The position numbers were made by a program, and so were the translations under genes. Shown here one piece after another: positions 22,651 to 35,535 of a DNA stretch of 53,390 nt. The stretch's first letter is position 1. Every line of letters starts with the position of its first letter. Source of the DNA: Callorhinchus milii (lineage: Eukaryota); the NCBI RefSeq assembly GCF_018977255.1, contig NW_024705338.1, positions 1-53,390 of the forward strand, given 5' to 3'. Under the pieces are notes generated by a model, which saw only the letters and a list, made by a program, of their open reading frames with translations, was not told where the DNA came from and ran no database searches.

Positions 22651-25600
22651 AATGTACTTAATTGTGAATTAGAAAAAACGAAAATCTTATGCTGCTGGTT
22701 TTGTTTGTAATGTTATTTATATACATTTTAGCAACACCAAATATCTCTCAAACTGACACTTTAACATGTACCTCAACACTTGAGACAGGTTTTGGTGCAT
22801 TATATACTCAAGTGTGAACGTAGACCATGAAATATGGCAAATTTGTAGAAAATATGCTTCAACTTCACGGATTGGCACTAAGCAAAATTAAACATAAACA
22901 TTTTAAATTTAGCAAAACTGTGATGTTTTGTACATCAAAATTTTCAGTAGGTACTGTGTAATCACAGAAAGATACAAATATAAGCACACTTTGCTCCAAG
23001 TTGGCTGAAATGACTCGAAATGCTACACTGTCCCCTTGTTTTGGAATGCTGCCAAAAAAAATACAATTCTACCACAGATTCTTTACAGCTCAAAATCACC
23101 TTAAATTATAACACAGCGCATATTTACTCATCGGTATCATCCATATTACTATCAGAGCCATCATCCCATGTAGGTCTTCTGTTTCCTGTGAAACATTTGC
23201 ACAATTTTGGCACCGACATAAATCAGTACAAGACAGTCTTGTAGACATACAGGAACATCTTCCAGTCTCACATTTGCTATGCTTGCAACTGCAGTGGACT
23301 GCCTGCAACACACTTTCAGGGGCAGGATTTCTAGTCATCCAGGTCACTGTTCACTCACCATCCTCGAGGTGCCATCCATTGCCAATGGGTGAAGGGGCAC
23401 ACATTATACCTTTCAGAGAATGTCTCATTATGGCTGCTTGGTAGTTTGCCCTTTTGCAGTGTTGGTACAGGGCGTCACTTGTAAGGGGCATGGATAGTTC
23501 TGGAAAAGCTGACGATGCCAGCACTGCCTAAAGGATATGACACAGTTCCCAAGGAGTAAGACAGAATTTCCCGCAGGTCAATTTTTCTACTTTGACCTAT
23601 GACGAGTAATCTGGAGAATAGTTTCTTGTCGGCACGTAGAATCACTTCCTTGCCTGCTGCAGATTTCTTCTTTGTCTTTGCTTGGTCACTAAAGGTCTTC
23701 AGTTTTTGTGTTTTGATGGGAGCAAATATGTCAACTGATGGTGATAACAGTCTTTGGTCCATAAACTCTTTGACAGCATTTTCCCCCTTTTTCCGGAGCT
23801 GCGAGCAAATCCCACATGATTTCTTCAGCTGCTACTGTCCCAGAGCTAAGACACACAATGCCATCTTGGTGTGTGTCAAAAGGATTCAGCATGGAATCTA
23901 GGGTGGAAATTATTCTGGTCACAGACCTTTCATCAGCATTAATTCGTGTGCTGTCAAGGTCTTTTCGTTTCCTTATATCGGGAGATTTACCTGCCATTGC
24001 CTCACATTGTCTTGCTATGGCAGCCCTTTCATGTTGCGACAATATCCAGCGATATACTGCAGCCCGATTATGTGTTAACCTTGTCCAACCACCCTTTGTC
24101 TTAGAATCTCTGTTGCATGTTTGCTCAATGGCCTGGTCGCAAGCAATCGAGGCAAATCCATGGACACTTTGACGTTGGACAGTCCACTGGCCTTTAACAC
24201 TGAGCTCACTGTGGCAAGAAGGATGTGTGAGGGGCAAATTGATCATTTCCAGCCAGTAAGAAGATACATACCTAGCATAATTTACTCGATCGTACGCAAA
24301 AAACCATGCCATCAAGCGCACTGTTGACAGGTGAAGCTGCCAATCCGATTCTCGTGTTGCTCTCACAAATAGAAGGAGTATCTGTACCATGTCGATGTAT
24401 GAACTCCAGACGGCAAACGTTGGCTTTTCTGCATGTCTTCTTTTAACAAAGTCTTCATATTTCGGACATATTTGTCAAATATCTCATTTGCACACAAAAC
24501 AACCATTGTTCTGTCTGGGAATGCACATTTGATCTCATTGATGACATCCAGACACTCATATCTCTCCTCTTGTGGCAGAGAATCTAAGAAGGTGAGAAGT
24601 CTCATGTGTTGCAGACTCTCCTACAGAAGTTTGTGTGCCCTCATGCTGCGGTTGTAATGATGACCACTGATCACTCCATTGATGGATCCTGGGGCAACAA
24701 CTTTGGACTAAATGACTATGTCTTGCAGTCCTGCATCTCCAAACCTTTTTCCTAGAATGCTCAGGTAGGACATGCATGTGTGAAATTCACCTAGTCTAAT
24801 CGCTTTACGCTGAGTAAAGTCATCATCTTTCCAGCGGATTTGCTGAGCTTTGGCATATATAGCTTTTTCAAAAACTAACACTATATGGTCCAGTTCTAGC
24901 TGATTATAAATTTGGACACTTCGCTTCAGAATTGTGTTTACTGTTGACATCTCTGTCGGTGAAGCCTCAATGACTGGAAGATAATACAGTGCTGACTTTT
25001 GCAGAGTGCCATCACCTTGAAGTAATGTATGTAAACCTGTCCAGCTTGGTATTGTGCATCTTTCAGCATCTATGGACTTTACAAAAACATATGCCAGTTC
25101 AGTTTGTACAGCAGACACCGTGTTCAATTTGTATGTGTCCGCCTGTAATGGAACACTTTCCTGATGAAACAAGTTCTGTGGTCCTTGTCTATTAGACTGA
25201 TGGTACTGTTCGACAGGGATGCTAGGGGGTACTTTCAATGAGGTTTTTCCCTTCTGTAGTGGTTGTCTGTTTGTTGTTGACACAGGTTCAACTACAGAAC
25301 TTTGCAGCATAATCCCATTTGTGTGGTGGGTAGTTCCACGACCTGACAGTGTCTCCTCCCCAAAGTCAATATTGTCCCACACAAGTACTGTAGGAACCTT
25401 CTTTGAGAATCCCTTTGGTATTTTGTCTCTGCCTCTACTAGTTGAAGTTGGGCAAGGCTAGTGTCTAGACTGACAACTGTGTCCCATGCTGCACAATGTC
25501 CTAGTCTATTTACAAGTGACACAATTTGTGATGAACCTGTTAAATGGCGAACCGTTAGACCAAGACACAATGATTTAGGGGTCTGCCTCCGACCCTTAGA

Positions 25601-27529
25601 TGCAAGATACACAATGTCTTGACAGATACATATCACTTTTAGGTTCAAATCATCTGGAATATCAACATAATGGGCCAGTGTTGGTTCCTCAGTTGCACCA
25701 ATAATCCAGGAAATCAGATTGTACAGTTCAATTGGAACGACAGATTTTGCCTCGCTCACATTTAGGTCATCTGATGTGGGTAGCCACGGGCATTTCATAC
25801 CGGGAGAGTCACACAGAAGCATCTTTAATATTAATGCCGCACTGTAAAGTGTCCTCGTGTCCTCTGCAGTATTGATGGAGGCCATTGAACTTGGTCTTTG
25901 TGGACCAGCTTTTGCACTAACCCTGTTTTCAGTCATTTCGCTAGTTACCTCAGTTGACTCTGTTGTTTCTGTACTTGATGGATGAGGTAGCCTGTCTATC
26001 AGCTTATCTGCAGACAATGTCTCAACGAAAACCATCTCACTTATGTTGCGCTTCTTGAGGGAGTGAAACACCAGCTGGGGGAAATCACGGGCCAACCTCC
26101 TACTTTTTTAATGTGAAAATGTGAGGGAATTATTCATTAATATTTATTAATATAAAATATTGCGAACTCACTGTTCTTCTGAGGTCACAGTAACTGATGC
26201 ACTAGACTTTGTCAAGAACCTGGTGTACTGTCTATAACAGGACTTGTGGTATCGCACCTCCAGAGACACACAGTCTTTGTCTCGAATATGCACAAGAATG
26301 CTAGTGTCTTCCTTCATTTCAGCAGCTTTCAGCAAATTGCCTGTAAATAAATAAATAAAACTTATTCAACTAATAAAAAACTGTGTTAAGAGTTAAACAA
26401 TATTGAGTGTTCTGGCTGTAGCTGTATGCAAAACAATGCAAATCTGTCTCTGACTGTAAAATAAACATTACATAAATTATGTAATTGTAATTGAAAGTTA
26501 GCCATGGTACCCAGCATAAGGGAATACAAGTTCAAATGTGTGTTTGTGTGTGTTTTGTTTTTACCTACGTGCTGACGTTTCTGCCTGTGAAAGATGGTCC
26601 TTCTGGCGTTTGCCTCCCACAGTAATGTACTTGTCCGTTTTCTTACAAATTATGCCCAAGGCAGAAAGCACAGGACCAGCACAAGCTACTGGCAGGCCGG
26701 TCCTGGACCTAAGTTTTTTTGCGGGACAATCAACTGCAGCGATACTAACGTTACTACCCGATGGCACAGACTGGCTTTGATCTTGAGCATCAGGACGCTG
26801 TGTGGCCCGTTTCTCGGCCGCATCCAAGCGCTTTTTGTCAATGAAACGCCTGTAGCAAGTGGAGTGAAACCCAGCGTCTTCGGGAACATTGTCAAACTCG
26901 ATTTCTAGACAATGTTTGTATGTTTCTGCTATTCTCCGATTCTCACCTTGCAAAAAAAGCCACCGTTTGACGCAGTTTCTGAATGTATCCCACTGTGTCC
27001 GTGTAAAATCCTTTGTTTCTTCTTTCTTTATGGATGTGAGATGCATGTAGCATTGTTTAAAATACTTTTTACGGACTTTTGAAGGAGGTCTGGCCGTAAT
27101 TTCCTCCTCTTCACTACTCGACATTGACCACAAGGGCGCAGACATCTTGGACTAATGTTTACCTCTCGTCCCAAAAAGCAGCCACCTTATTGGTCTAGCG
27201 GGAAGCACGTGACGCAAAGCCTAATCACTGATGATCAAAATATTATTACGCGAGGAAAGAAATATTGCCGACTTTAAACAATAATAAAAAATAAACTGCA
27301 GGAATAGACATGGAGAACTTTTATTTTCACGGCCAACAGCAATAGATCTTTTTATTAGAATGAAAATAATTTAGTGCCCCATATATGGGAACGGGATTAA
27401 ACGTAAAACGTCTTCACCTTACGGCCTATTTGGTGTTTTAACGTCTTAAACACACGAGGGTTTTATTGTGGCCAGAAAGGGGAAAACCCCTTCGATTATC
27501 AAAGCGGAAGTTTCCACGCGGTGGGGTTT

Positions 27530-27630
27530 CAATCCACCAATTAGAAGCGAGGGGGCTGCGTGGTGACGCGTCAGCGCCGGCAGCCAATCAGGGAGCGTCT
27601 CGCGCCTGCTGTGGGCGGGGCTTCAGCGCG
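27530..27630 (+). promoter_or_regulatory. Promoter-like CpG-rich cluster
   Basis: CCAAT at 27537 and 27584, palindrome TGACGCGTCA at 27564-27573, GC box GGGCGGGG at 27613-27620. Confidence 0.4.
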
Positions 27631-27676
27631 TGAGGAGGTCGCCTTGGTGGGAAGAGGCGCTGGGACATCGCCCAGC

Positions 27677-27870
27677 AACAACAACAACTACCACAACAAC
27701 AACTACCACAACTACAACAGCAACTACTACCACCACTACTACTACCTTGTGAGTATTACTAGCACTCTTATCACGACTACTACTACCACTCTTATTACCA
27801 CCACAACTCTTTTTACTACCACAACTCTTATTACCACCACAACCACCCTGTGAGTATAACAACAACAACA
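27677..27870. repeat. AAC/TAC/CAC trinucleotide repeat tract
   Basis: Visible directly. Confidence 0.85.
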
Positions 27871-27976
27871 CTCGTTGTTGTAGTAAGATGTAGGCATTTC
27901 TCGCCGCTATGCAGCAACACCCTCAACACCCCCACGTGTTGTGTTGCAGCAAACACGCCGCGTGGACAATGGCGGA

Positions 27977-29216
27977 CGTGGGTGGGTGTGAGAGTGTGGG
28001 TGAGGGTGAGAGTGTGTGTGAGGGTGTGAGAGTGTGTGTGAGGGTGTGAGTGTGTGAGTGTGTGTGTGAGGGTGTGAGTGTGTGAGAGTGTGAGGTGGTG
28101 TGTGAGTGTGTGTGAGTGTGAGAGTGTGTGAGAGTGTGGGTGGGTGTGAGAGTGTGTGAGGTGGTGTGTGAGTGTGTGAGAGTGTGAGGTGGTGTGTGAG
28201 TGTGTGTGAGTGTGAGAGTGTGTGGGTGGTGTGTGAGTGTGTGAGAGTGTGGGTGGGTGTGAGTGTGTGTGAGTGTGAGAGTGTGTGAGAGTGTGGGTGG
28301 TGTGTGAGGTGGGTGTGAGTGTGTGAGAGTGTGGGTGGGTGTGAGGGTGTGAGAGTGTGTGGGTGGGTGTGAGTGTGTGAGAGTGTGGGTGGGTGTGAGG
28401 GTGTGAGAGTGTGTGAGTGTGTTAGTGTGTGGGTGGGTGAGAGTGTGTGAGAGTATGTGTGTGTGTGAGGGTGTGAGTGTGTGTGAGAGTGAGAGTGTGG
28501 GTGGGTGTGAGTGTGTGAGAGTGTGTGAGAGTGGGTGGGTGTGAGAGTTGGGTGGGTGTGAGAGTTGGGTGAGTGTGAGTGTGTGAGTGTGTGTGTGAGT
28601 GTGTGAGTGTGAGGGGGTGAGTGTGAGTTTGTGAGTGTGAGTGTGTGTGAGGGTGTGAGTGTGTGAGAGTGTGTGTGAGTGTGAGGGTGTGAGTGTGTGT
28701 GAGTGTGAGAGTGTGTGTGTGGGTGTGAGTGTGTGAGAGTGTGGGTGGGTGTGAGGGTGTGAGTGTGTGTGAGAGTGTGTGGTGGGTGAGAGTGTGTGAG
28801 AGTGTGGGTGGGTGTGAGAGTGTGTGAGTGTGTGTGGGTGGGTGTGAGTGTGTGAGAGTGTGTGTGAGTGTGAGGGTGTGAGTGTGTGTGAGTGTGAGAG
28901 TGTGTGTGTGGGTGAGAGTGTGTGAGAGTGTGGGTGTGTGTGAGGGTGTGAGTGTGTGTGAGAGTGTGTGAGTGGGTGTGAGTGTGTGAGAGTGTGTGGA
29001 GTGTGGGTGGGTGTGAGAGTTTGGGTGGGTGTGAGAGTGGGTGGGTGTGAGTGTGTGGGTGGGTGTGAGAGTGGTGTGGGTGAGGGTGGTGTGAGTGTGG
29101 GGGTGTGAGAGAGTGTGTGGGGGTGTGAGAGTGTGGGTGGGTGTGAGAGTGTGTGGGGGTGTGAGAGAGTGTGTCTGAGTGTGAATGTGGGTGGGTTGAG
29201 AGTGTTAGAGTGTGTG
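27977..29216. repeat. GT/GAGT/GGGT compound satellite
   Basis: Visible directly. The His/Thr ORFs over it are spurious. Confidence 0.95.
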
Positions 29217-29243
29217 AAATGAAACTTGTTAACAATCCCCAAG

Positions 29244-29354
29244 TATTCTTGGTTCTCTCGGTAAAGTCGAAACGTCGCGAGATTTTTATTGTTTAATATT
29301 TTTATCATTTTATTGTTTTCCTTCTACGCGACTTTACCGAAAGAACCAAGAATA
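29244..29354. mobile_element. Penelope-like terminal fragment with short inverted arm
   Basis: 26-bp inverted arms (29244-29269 and 29329-29354). Contains GAAACGTC, the 3' half of the hammerhead core. Same family as 608-802. Confidence 0.6.
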
Positions 29355-29890
29355 TGAAAGATTTAAATTAAAATCCCAAGTACACAAAAGCCCGACCACG
29401 AATTGTGTGAAAGTGAATGTCTCCCTAAGGCCTTGAGAGCGAGTAGGAGGAGGCCTGCCCTTGTAAAACACAAATATTTGTCTGACTTTCACTGGTCAAC
29501 ACACTTTGTCTGGCATAAGGTATTTCAACGTTTTAAGGTAATTTTGGGGTGCTGATTCCAAATCTGTTTTTGTCTATCACATCAGGTTTTTGAGATATCA
29601 AATATTGCATTTTCAATAAAAACTGCAGAAGAAAAATATTAAATAAATGTGGATATCTACATAAAATTATATTATAAACACACTATCCTAAAAATACAGC
29701 ACCATATTTTAACACTAAAGCAGTCACTGACTCGCAACAACTTGCAATCATAAGTGACAGAGTTAATTTCGGGTAAAATCAATGAAAATGGGGTATGCCG
29801 ATAGCATAAAAATGAGATGTGATGGAGCAAATCTGAGATCAGATTTGGAATCAGCACCCTGAAATTAGTCCAAAACAGCTGCAAAAGTCC

Positions 29891-30240
29891 AGACGCCTGT
29901 TACTGCTGCTGTAGATTTGGAGTTTGCATCTCTCATCATCATCATCACAGTGGATAGGAGATGTTAACTACCTCACCTGGTACGCAGGAGGTCGTGGGTA
30001 CGATCCCGACCCTGAAGACGCCTGTTACTGCTGCTGTAGATTTGGAGTTTGCATCTCTCATCATCATCATCACAATGGATAGGAGATGTTAACTACCTCA
30101 CCTGCTACGCTGGAGGTCGTGGGTACGATCCCGACCCTGAAGACGCCTGCTGCTGCTGTATATTTGGAGTTTGCGTGTCTCCTCTGCCCGTGGTGGTGTG
30201 GATTTTTCTACGGGTCCTCTGTTTTTATTTCCTCATTAAC
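29891..30240 (+). repeat. ~125-bp tandem duplication at the head of a SINE-like element
   Basis: AGACGCCTG..ACTGCTGCTGTA.ATTTGGAGTTTGC occurs three times, with a B-box-like GGGTACGATCCC. Confidence 0.6.
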
Positions 30241-30739
30241 GTCATGCATTTTGACTATTTGGCTGCTATAGATTTCCACGTGATGATAAGACGATGGCTT
30301 CGTTGAGCTATCGCTTGTGATAGCCAGGTGGGCGCTTCTGAAAAAGAAGCTACATAGCTCAGTCGGCTTTACTGGCTAAAGTAAAAAAAGTTGTTGAGTT
30401 AAATTATGGGGCTAAATGAGTGGATCTCTCTGGGCTCGCAGTGGGTTTCTGTGGGTCTCTATATTTATGCGGGTCTCTATGAGCCTGTAGAAAACAACTC
30501 CCTACCTCGTGGTGCCGGACGGCAACCCTGTGATGGGCAGTGCCGTGGGGCGAGGGCCAATTTAGATTGACCATTCCCCTCATGGCGTTTGTAACCACCA
30601 CAGCGGCTACATGGGGGCTCTGGACGGGTGTGAGGGGCTGGTAACCGCTCCACCTTGAATTACACAAAACCACATAAAATATTGAATTAATAAGCTTGTG
30701 CCGGAGGCCCCGGGGGGACAGGCATCTATGAATGTTTTC

Positions 30740-31990
30740 CCTCGGGGCTCCTCCAGAAACAACAAAAAAACACTGCGGGTGGCCATGTGGAATGTTCGAA
30801 CGCTCACTGCGGAGGAGAGGCTGCCAATCCTCTGTTGGGAACTGGACCGGTACCACCTGGATCTCTGGTATTCAGGAGGTCCGGTGGACCGGCTCTGAAT
30901 CCTGCTACCATGAGTCCTCTACTCAGGGCAGGAGACTGCCAAACAATAGGGAGTGGCTCTTCTGAACAAAATAATGAAGAGGGCATGGGAGCGTGGCGGT
31001 GAGGTGTGGGAAGCTGCAAGCCCCAGGCTACTTTGGGCTCACCTTCCCATCAACCAGAGGCGAGGAGTGGTGGTCATGGTTACTTATGTCCCAACGAAGA
31101 CAAACGTCCGTGGAGGGATGCAGGCAAAGCCAATGAGTCAGATGCCTTCTATGACCTGTCATAGGTGTTGGCTAAAGTGGCCCCTTGGGACTGAGTCATC
31201 TTGTTGGGTGACTTCAATGCCCGAGTTGGTCATGATGCTGGCACCTGGTCTAGAGTGATTGGAAGACATGGGCCAGATCAGCTCAATAACAACGGTAGGA
31301 GGCTGCTAGATTTGTGTGCAACCCATGGGCTTGTAATTACCAACACGCTGTTCCGGCATCGACACATCCACACAGCATCATGGATGCATGCCGGGTCCAA
31401 GCAAGAACATCTGCTGGACTACATAGTGACGGAACAGTGGATGCGGGCCCATGTCCTTGACACCGGGACCTACCGTGGAGCTGATCTGCCCACTGACCAT
31501 TGACTAGTCATCTGTAAGATGCGCCTGCCATTATTTCACTCCGGTGGTGGGTGCACACCCAGGACCCCATTCACACCCAAGGTGGCCTGGTCTCAGATAG
31601 CTGATGAAAGTTGTAAGTGAGAATTTAATCATCGCCTGCGGCTGGGGTTAGCATCGTCCCCCACTCCTCCAGATGTCGAGGGGAAATGGGCGAGGTTTAG
31701 GACTGTGGCTCTTGCAGCTGCAATGGCTGCTTTGGGTAAGCGGTCCAGACCCCCCAAAGACCCTGGCTGACAGAGGAGGTGTTCAAGCTGGCTGAGAAAA
31801 AGGCGACAGGCCCACTCTCATCGGCTTCAGTATCCCACGTCGGAGAATGAGGAGGCTTACCGCAGCCTTCACTCGGAGGTTCGGAGAGCCGTGAGGTGCT
31901 GCAAGGAAGGGTGGTCGCGGGTTGCTGAGGAGATGGAGTCTGCCTCAATCGCCCACGATCACAAATCACTATTTAACTCCATCAAAAATT
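30740..31990 (+). mobile_element. RTE-clade LINE 5' fragment (AP endonuclease), degenerate
   Basis: LRVAMWNVRTL, LGDFNARVG, NNNGRRLLDLC, LLDYI and TDH motifs occur across frames with stops. Confidence 0.85.
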
Positions 31991-32282
31991 GTGTTGTTAA
32001 AACCAGCCACCACCCGACACAGCCAACTAGTAATGGCTGTCACGTAAACAGAACATGCCAATTCGTCACTAGTACAGCACACCGGTGTGTTGGAGAGCCA
32101 AGCCACAACATTAACAATCTGAGTATGACGTTTCGCCAGTAATTACAACGAGCTTCATCAGGCGACAGCCAGATTTGTGGAGAAGTCTTACTGTTTCGTT
32201 CCTTATATAGAGGCGTATATGTGTTGACCACCCTTCTGCGCTCTTGCACAATGTGGGTGGGGGGGGGGCATTACTGAGGTAA

Positions 32283-32616
32283 CAGAGGTCGCAACCGGGT
32301 ACCCGTACCCTACCCGATACCCGGCTACCCGTTTGCGACCCTGGTGCGGCCGGGTACGGGTACGGGTAGACTGTGAGTCGCTGGTAACTGTCACTCATTT
32401 CCCAACGTCTTGTCTCTTCTCTAGAATCAACCCACCCGCGCCTGCAACATGGCTTCATCCCAGAGGTCGCAATCAGGTACCCGATACCCGTACCTACCCG
32501 TACCCGGCCTGGTACGGGTAGGGTACGGGTACGGCCGGGTACGGGTACCCGTTTGCGACCCTGGTGCGGCCGGGTACGGGTACGGGTAAGGAATCAAAAC
32601 CCGTTTGCGACCTCTG
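32283..32616. mobile_element. hAT-type MITE with GGGTAC subterminal repeats
   Basis: TIR CAGAGGTCGCAA(A/C)CGGGT; perfect 8-bp TSD TGAGGTAA; an extra internal TIR copy at 32461. Confidence 0.88.
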
Positions 32617-32759
32617 TGAGGTAATGTATATTATGCGTGTGCATTATGCGAGCCCTTTGATCTTGTCCTTCCTGTCTATTGTGTTTATTAAAATAGCCCT
32701 ACCAATGGTAATCCCTTTTGAAATACGCTGATCTTTGTAGGCATGCATTTAAATATTTA

Positions 32760-33520
32760 TTTCTTTGATTATTCGCTTCTACGCAGCACTAATACGGTAG
32801 CTATCCGAATGGTTAAAGTTTTTTTAATTCTATAAATTTCTATAGATTCTCTCATAGTCTTGGCCAGTAGTAGCTAGTTTTGCACAACACTTAAACATCA
32901 AAATCAATTGAGTGTCCTGGTTGACACGCATGTTCTGCTACTGCTGACAGTTGCATTTGGGAGAATTTAATATTTCTCTGATGTTCTTTTAGTCTCGTGC
33001 TGATCATTCGTCCTGTTTGCCCAACATAACATTTACCACACGTGCAGTTGATCCTGAACACACCTTCTGTTGATAGCTTCGGTAATACATCTTTTGTACC
33101 AGATACAAATGACTCGAATGTTTTGTTTTTCCAAACATCTGGCTAGTTTATCAGTTACTCCCGCAATGTACGGTATTTTGATTGTTTGAATTACTTGATT
33201 TGGTTTTGGTATTCAATGCTTTGTTGATTTGTGCATCATTGTAGCCGTTCATTTGCAGCGCTTCCTTAACATATTGAATTTCACTTCTCAGACTGTCACC
33301 ATCTGATACTTTTTTAGCTCAATGAATGAGTGTCTTGATAAGAGCAGTATTCTGTGCGGTGTGATGGTGTGACTGCATTCAGATAGGCGTCAGTATGTTA
33401 TTTTACCATTTCTACCCCGTCCGAGCAGAATATCTAGAAATGGTAACGTTATGTCAGCTTCCACTTCCATGGTGAACTGGATGGATGGGTTTTGCGAGTT
33501 GAGATTATTTAGAAATGCGT
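32760..33520 (-). mobile_element. Penelope-like element fragment (RT C-terminus and GIY-YIG), degenerate
   Basis: The minus strand translates to LNSQNPSIQFTMEVEADITLPFLDI and EGVFRINCTCGKCYVGQTGRMISTRLKEHQR. Confidence 0.8.
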
Positions 33521-33531
33521 ATCAGTGTATC

Positions 33532-34690
33532 TGTAGTGACATAAGAAGGGAGGGGCTGCTGGGGGCTCTGGGTTCCCAGGCGAGTCCAGACGCTTAAGCC
33601 TCTGGGCGCCAGGCGCTGGGTTCCCAGGGGGTCCAGACGCTTAAGCCTCTGGGCGCCAGGCGTTGGGTTCCCAGGCGCTTAAGCCTTTTGGTGCCGCCAA
33701 GGGGGGGGCTGTGTGTGCTCTGTGGGATGTCTGGTGGCGCACACGGCCCCACCCCTCGTTGGACTGAGCATAAAAAGGGGAGCTCCCTGGACGATCGGGG
33801 CGAGTTGTAACTCAAGACCCAAGACCCAAGACCAGCCATCTGAAGACCCTGGGATGCTGTGAGAGCCAGTGGTGGGACTCTGGAACTCCCGACTCTACGA
33901 CCTTGTGAGGGCGAGTTCCAGAGCGTAGCCAGAGTAGAGTATCTAGGCTGTGTACCTAGGCTGTGTACCTAGGCTGTAACAGAGTATCAGGACTGTTGGA
34001 GTGTTGTGTTGTAATAAAGAAGTTACCTCTAGAAGTGTCTCCGGAACCCGTTACATTTGGCGTCAGAAGTGGCTATGGAGACAAGAAGTAAGCCACGTAC
34101 CTTCAGTCCTGACGGCGATGTCGAGGAACAAGCAGCGATGGGCGGCCAACGCCGGCTGACAGCGACGCTGCACCGCCGGCTGAACAGCTGTCTGCTCCGC
34201 CGACCGTCCCCTCTCCAGCGTCGGGAGCAGCGATGGAGGAGGCGCTGCTTCGCCTCACTGAGCTGCTCCACGCCACCGTCTCCATCCTGGACGACATGCG
34301 TCGCTCACAGGCGGAGACAGGAGGGAGAGAGGCGGCGCAGCGGCCGCGCCATTCTGCCGGCTCCAACACAAAGATGGCAGCCGTTCCCACCGCAAATACA
34401 TCCGGGTGTGTCGTCACTTCTGCCGGGGAGCAATGGCCGCTGGAAGTGACATCACTTCTGGGCTCAGCACTGTCCAACCGAACAATGCCGCGTCATCAGC
34501 GCTGCGTCCCTCACCGCCGGGTGACAGCTGTCTGCAACCTAGCATACCGCGTCATCAGCGCTGCGACCGGACAGTGAGGACGCCATTCTTACTGTAACCG
34601 GCGCCAGGCCTGGCACATCGACCGACACGCTGGTCGCCGCCTTTGCTGCTCTGACCAAAGCTTGGAGGTCGGGAGACCAGGCCCCTAAAA
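33532..34690 (+). mobile_element. Gypsy 5' LTR (33532-34055), PBS and truncated internal leader
   Basis: TGTAG...GTTACA termini, AATAAA near 34013, internal 44-bp tandem, PBS TGGCGTCAGAAGTGG at 34058-34072. Confidence 0.75.
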
Positions 34691-35052
34691 TTTCGTACAT
34701 TTACACGCTCCGGATTAATGATTTTTTTGTTGACATTCTCTTCGTTGTCGTCGGGGAGTCGTGATTGTTGTTGCGTAAACTGTGTGGAGCTTCGCTCGTG
34801 AGTGTTGTCAATGTGTGCGAAACTTTGCTTGTGATTGTTAACAATGTATGGTTTGTATTGAGCTTTGTTCGTGATTGTTAATGTATAGCTTGTGCTGTCA
34901 TTGTTAACGATGTATAGACTGTATGGGGCATTTATCTTGAGATGGTGACATGCTGCCAAGGATTTGGAATTGTCATGCTGGCTCTCAAATATCTTGGGGT
35001 GCAGATCCTGACCAGGATGGCCCAGCGGGTGTTGCGTATCTAACACGAGAGT

Positions 35053-35390
35053 TGTGGTCCCGTCATGCTATGGCTGACGGCTTGACCTGACAGCCCGGAG
35101 ATAGAGACACTCCGTGGCATGTCTAGCCTAGTGGGCTGTGTGCTCACATGGCTCGGAGAGTGTGGTCCGGTCATGCTATGGCTGACGGCTTGACCTGACA
35201 GCCCGGAGATTGAAACACTCCGTGGCATGTCTAGCCTAGTGGGCTGTGCGCTCACATGGCTCGGAGAGTGTGGTCCCGTCATGGAGTAGCTGACGGCTTG
35301 ACCTGACGGCCCGGAGGTTGAGACCCTCCGTAGTGCGTCTGGAGCAGTAGGCTCGCCCTGACGGCCCGGAGATTGAAACACTCCGAGGCG
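35053..35390. repeat. 108-bp tandem repeat (~3 copies), open on - as a 36-aa Ser/Pro-rich unit
   Basis: TGTGGTCC.GTCATG starts at 35053, 35161 and 35269. Confidence 0.85.
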
Positions 35391-35505
35391 CGTTGAAACA
35401 GTGGGCTGGAGATTCGTGGTGTTCAGGTGTAGTTGTCCCGTTACGTTGGGACTGTATCCCTCAGTTGTTAGGGTGCATGTTGTGCAGGGAGTGAACGATG
35501 GGTCA

Positions 35506-35535
35506 NNNNNNNNNNNNNNNNNNNNNNNNNNNNNN
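35506..35535. other. Assembly gap (30 N)
   Basis: Run of N. Confidence 0.99.

Larger units (their letters stand above)
19212..27428 (-). mobile_element. Academ-type DNA transposon, degenerate, with an intron-containing transposase and a nested Gypsy insertion
   Basis: TIRs TAGGCCGT(C/A)AGGTGA at both ends. Broken frames 23096-27145(-) carry YHxxCY, WDNIDFGEETLSGRGTTH, RLGEFH, NYARY, DQAIEQTCNRDSK and a C-terminal Cys8 finger CSCKHSKCETGRCSC...CTDLCRC. Confidence 0.72.

Noticed and set aside
27907..29308. 440-460 aa His/Thr/Ser ORFs
   Set aside because: Satellite artefact.
29539..29867. Inverted repeats (GGGTGCTGATTCCAAATCTG) suggesting a MITE
   Set aside because: Probably a DNA-transposon remnant, but its ends and TSD could not be defined.
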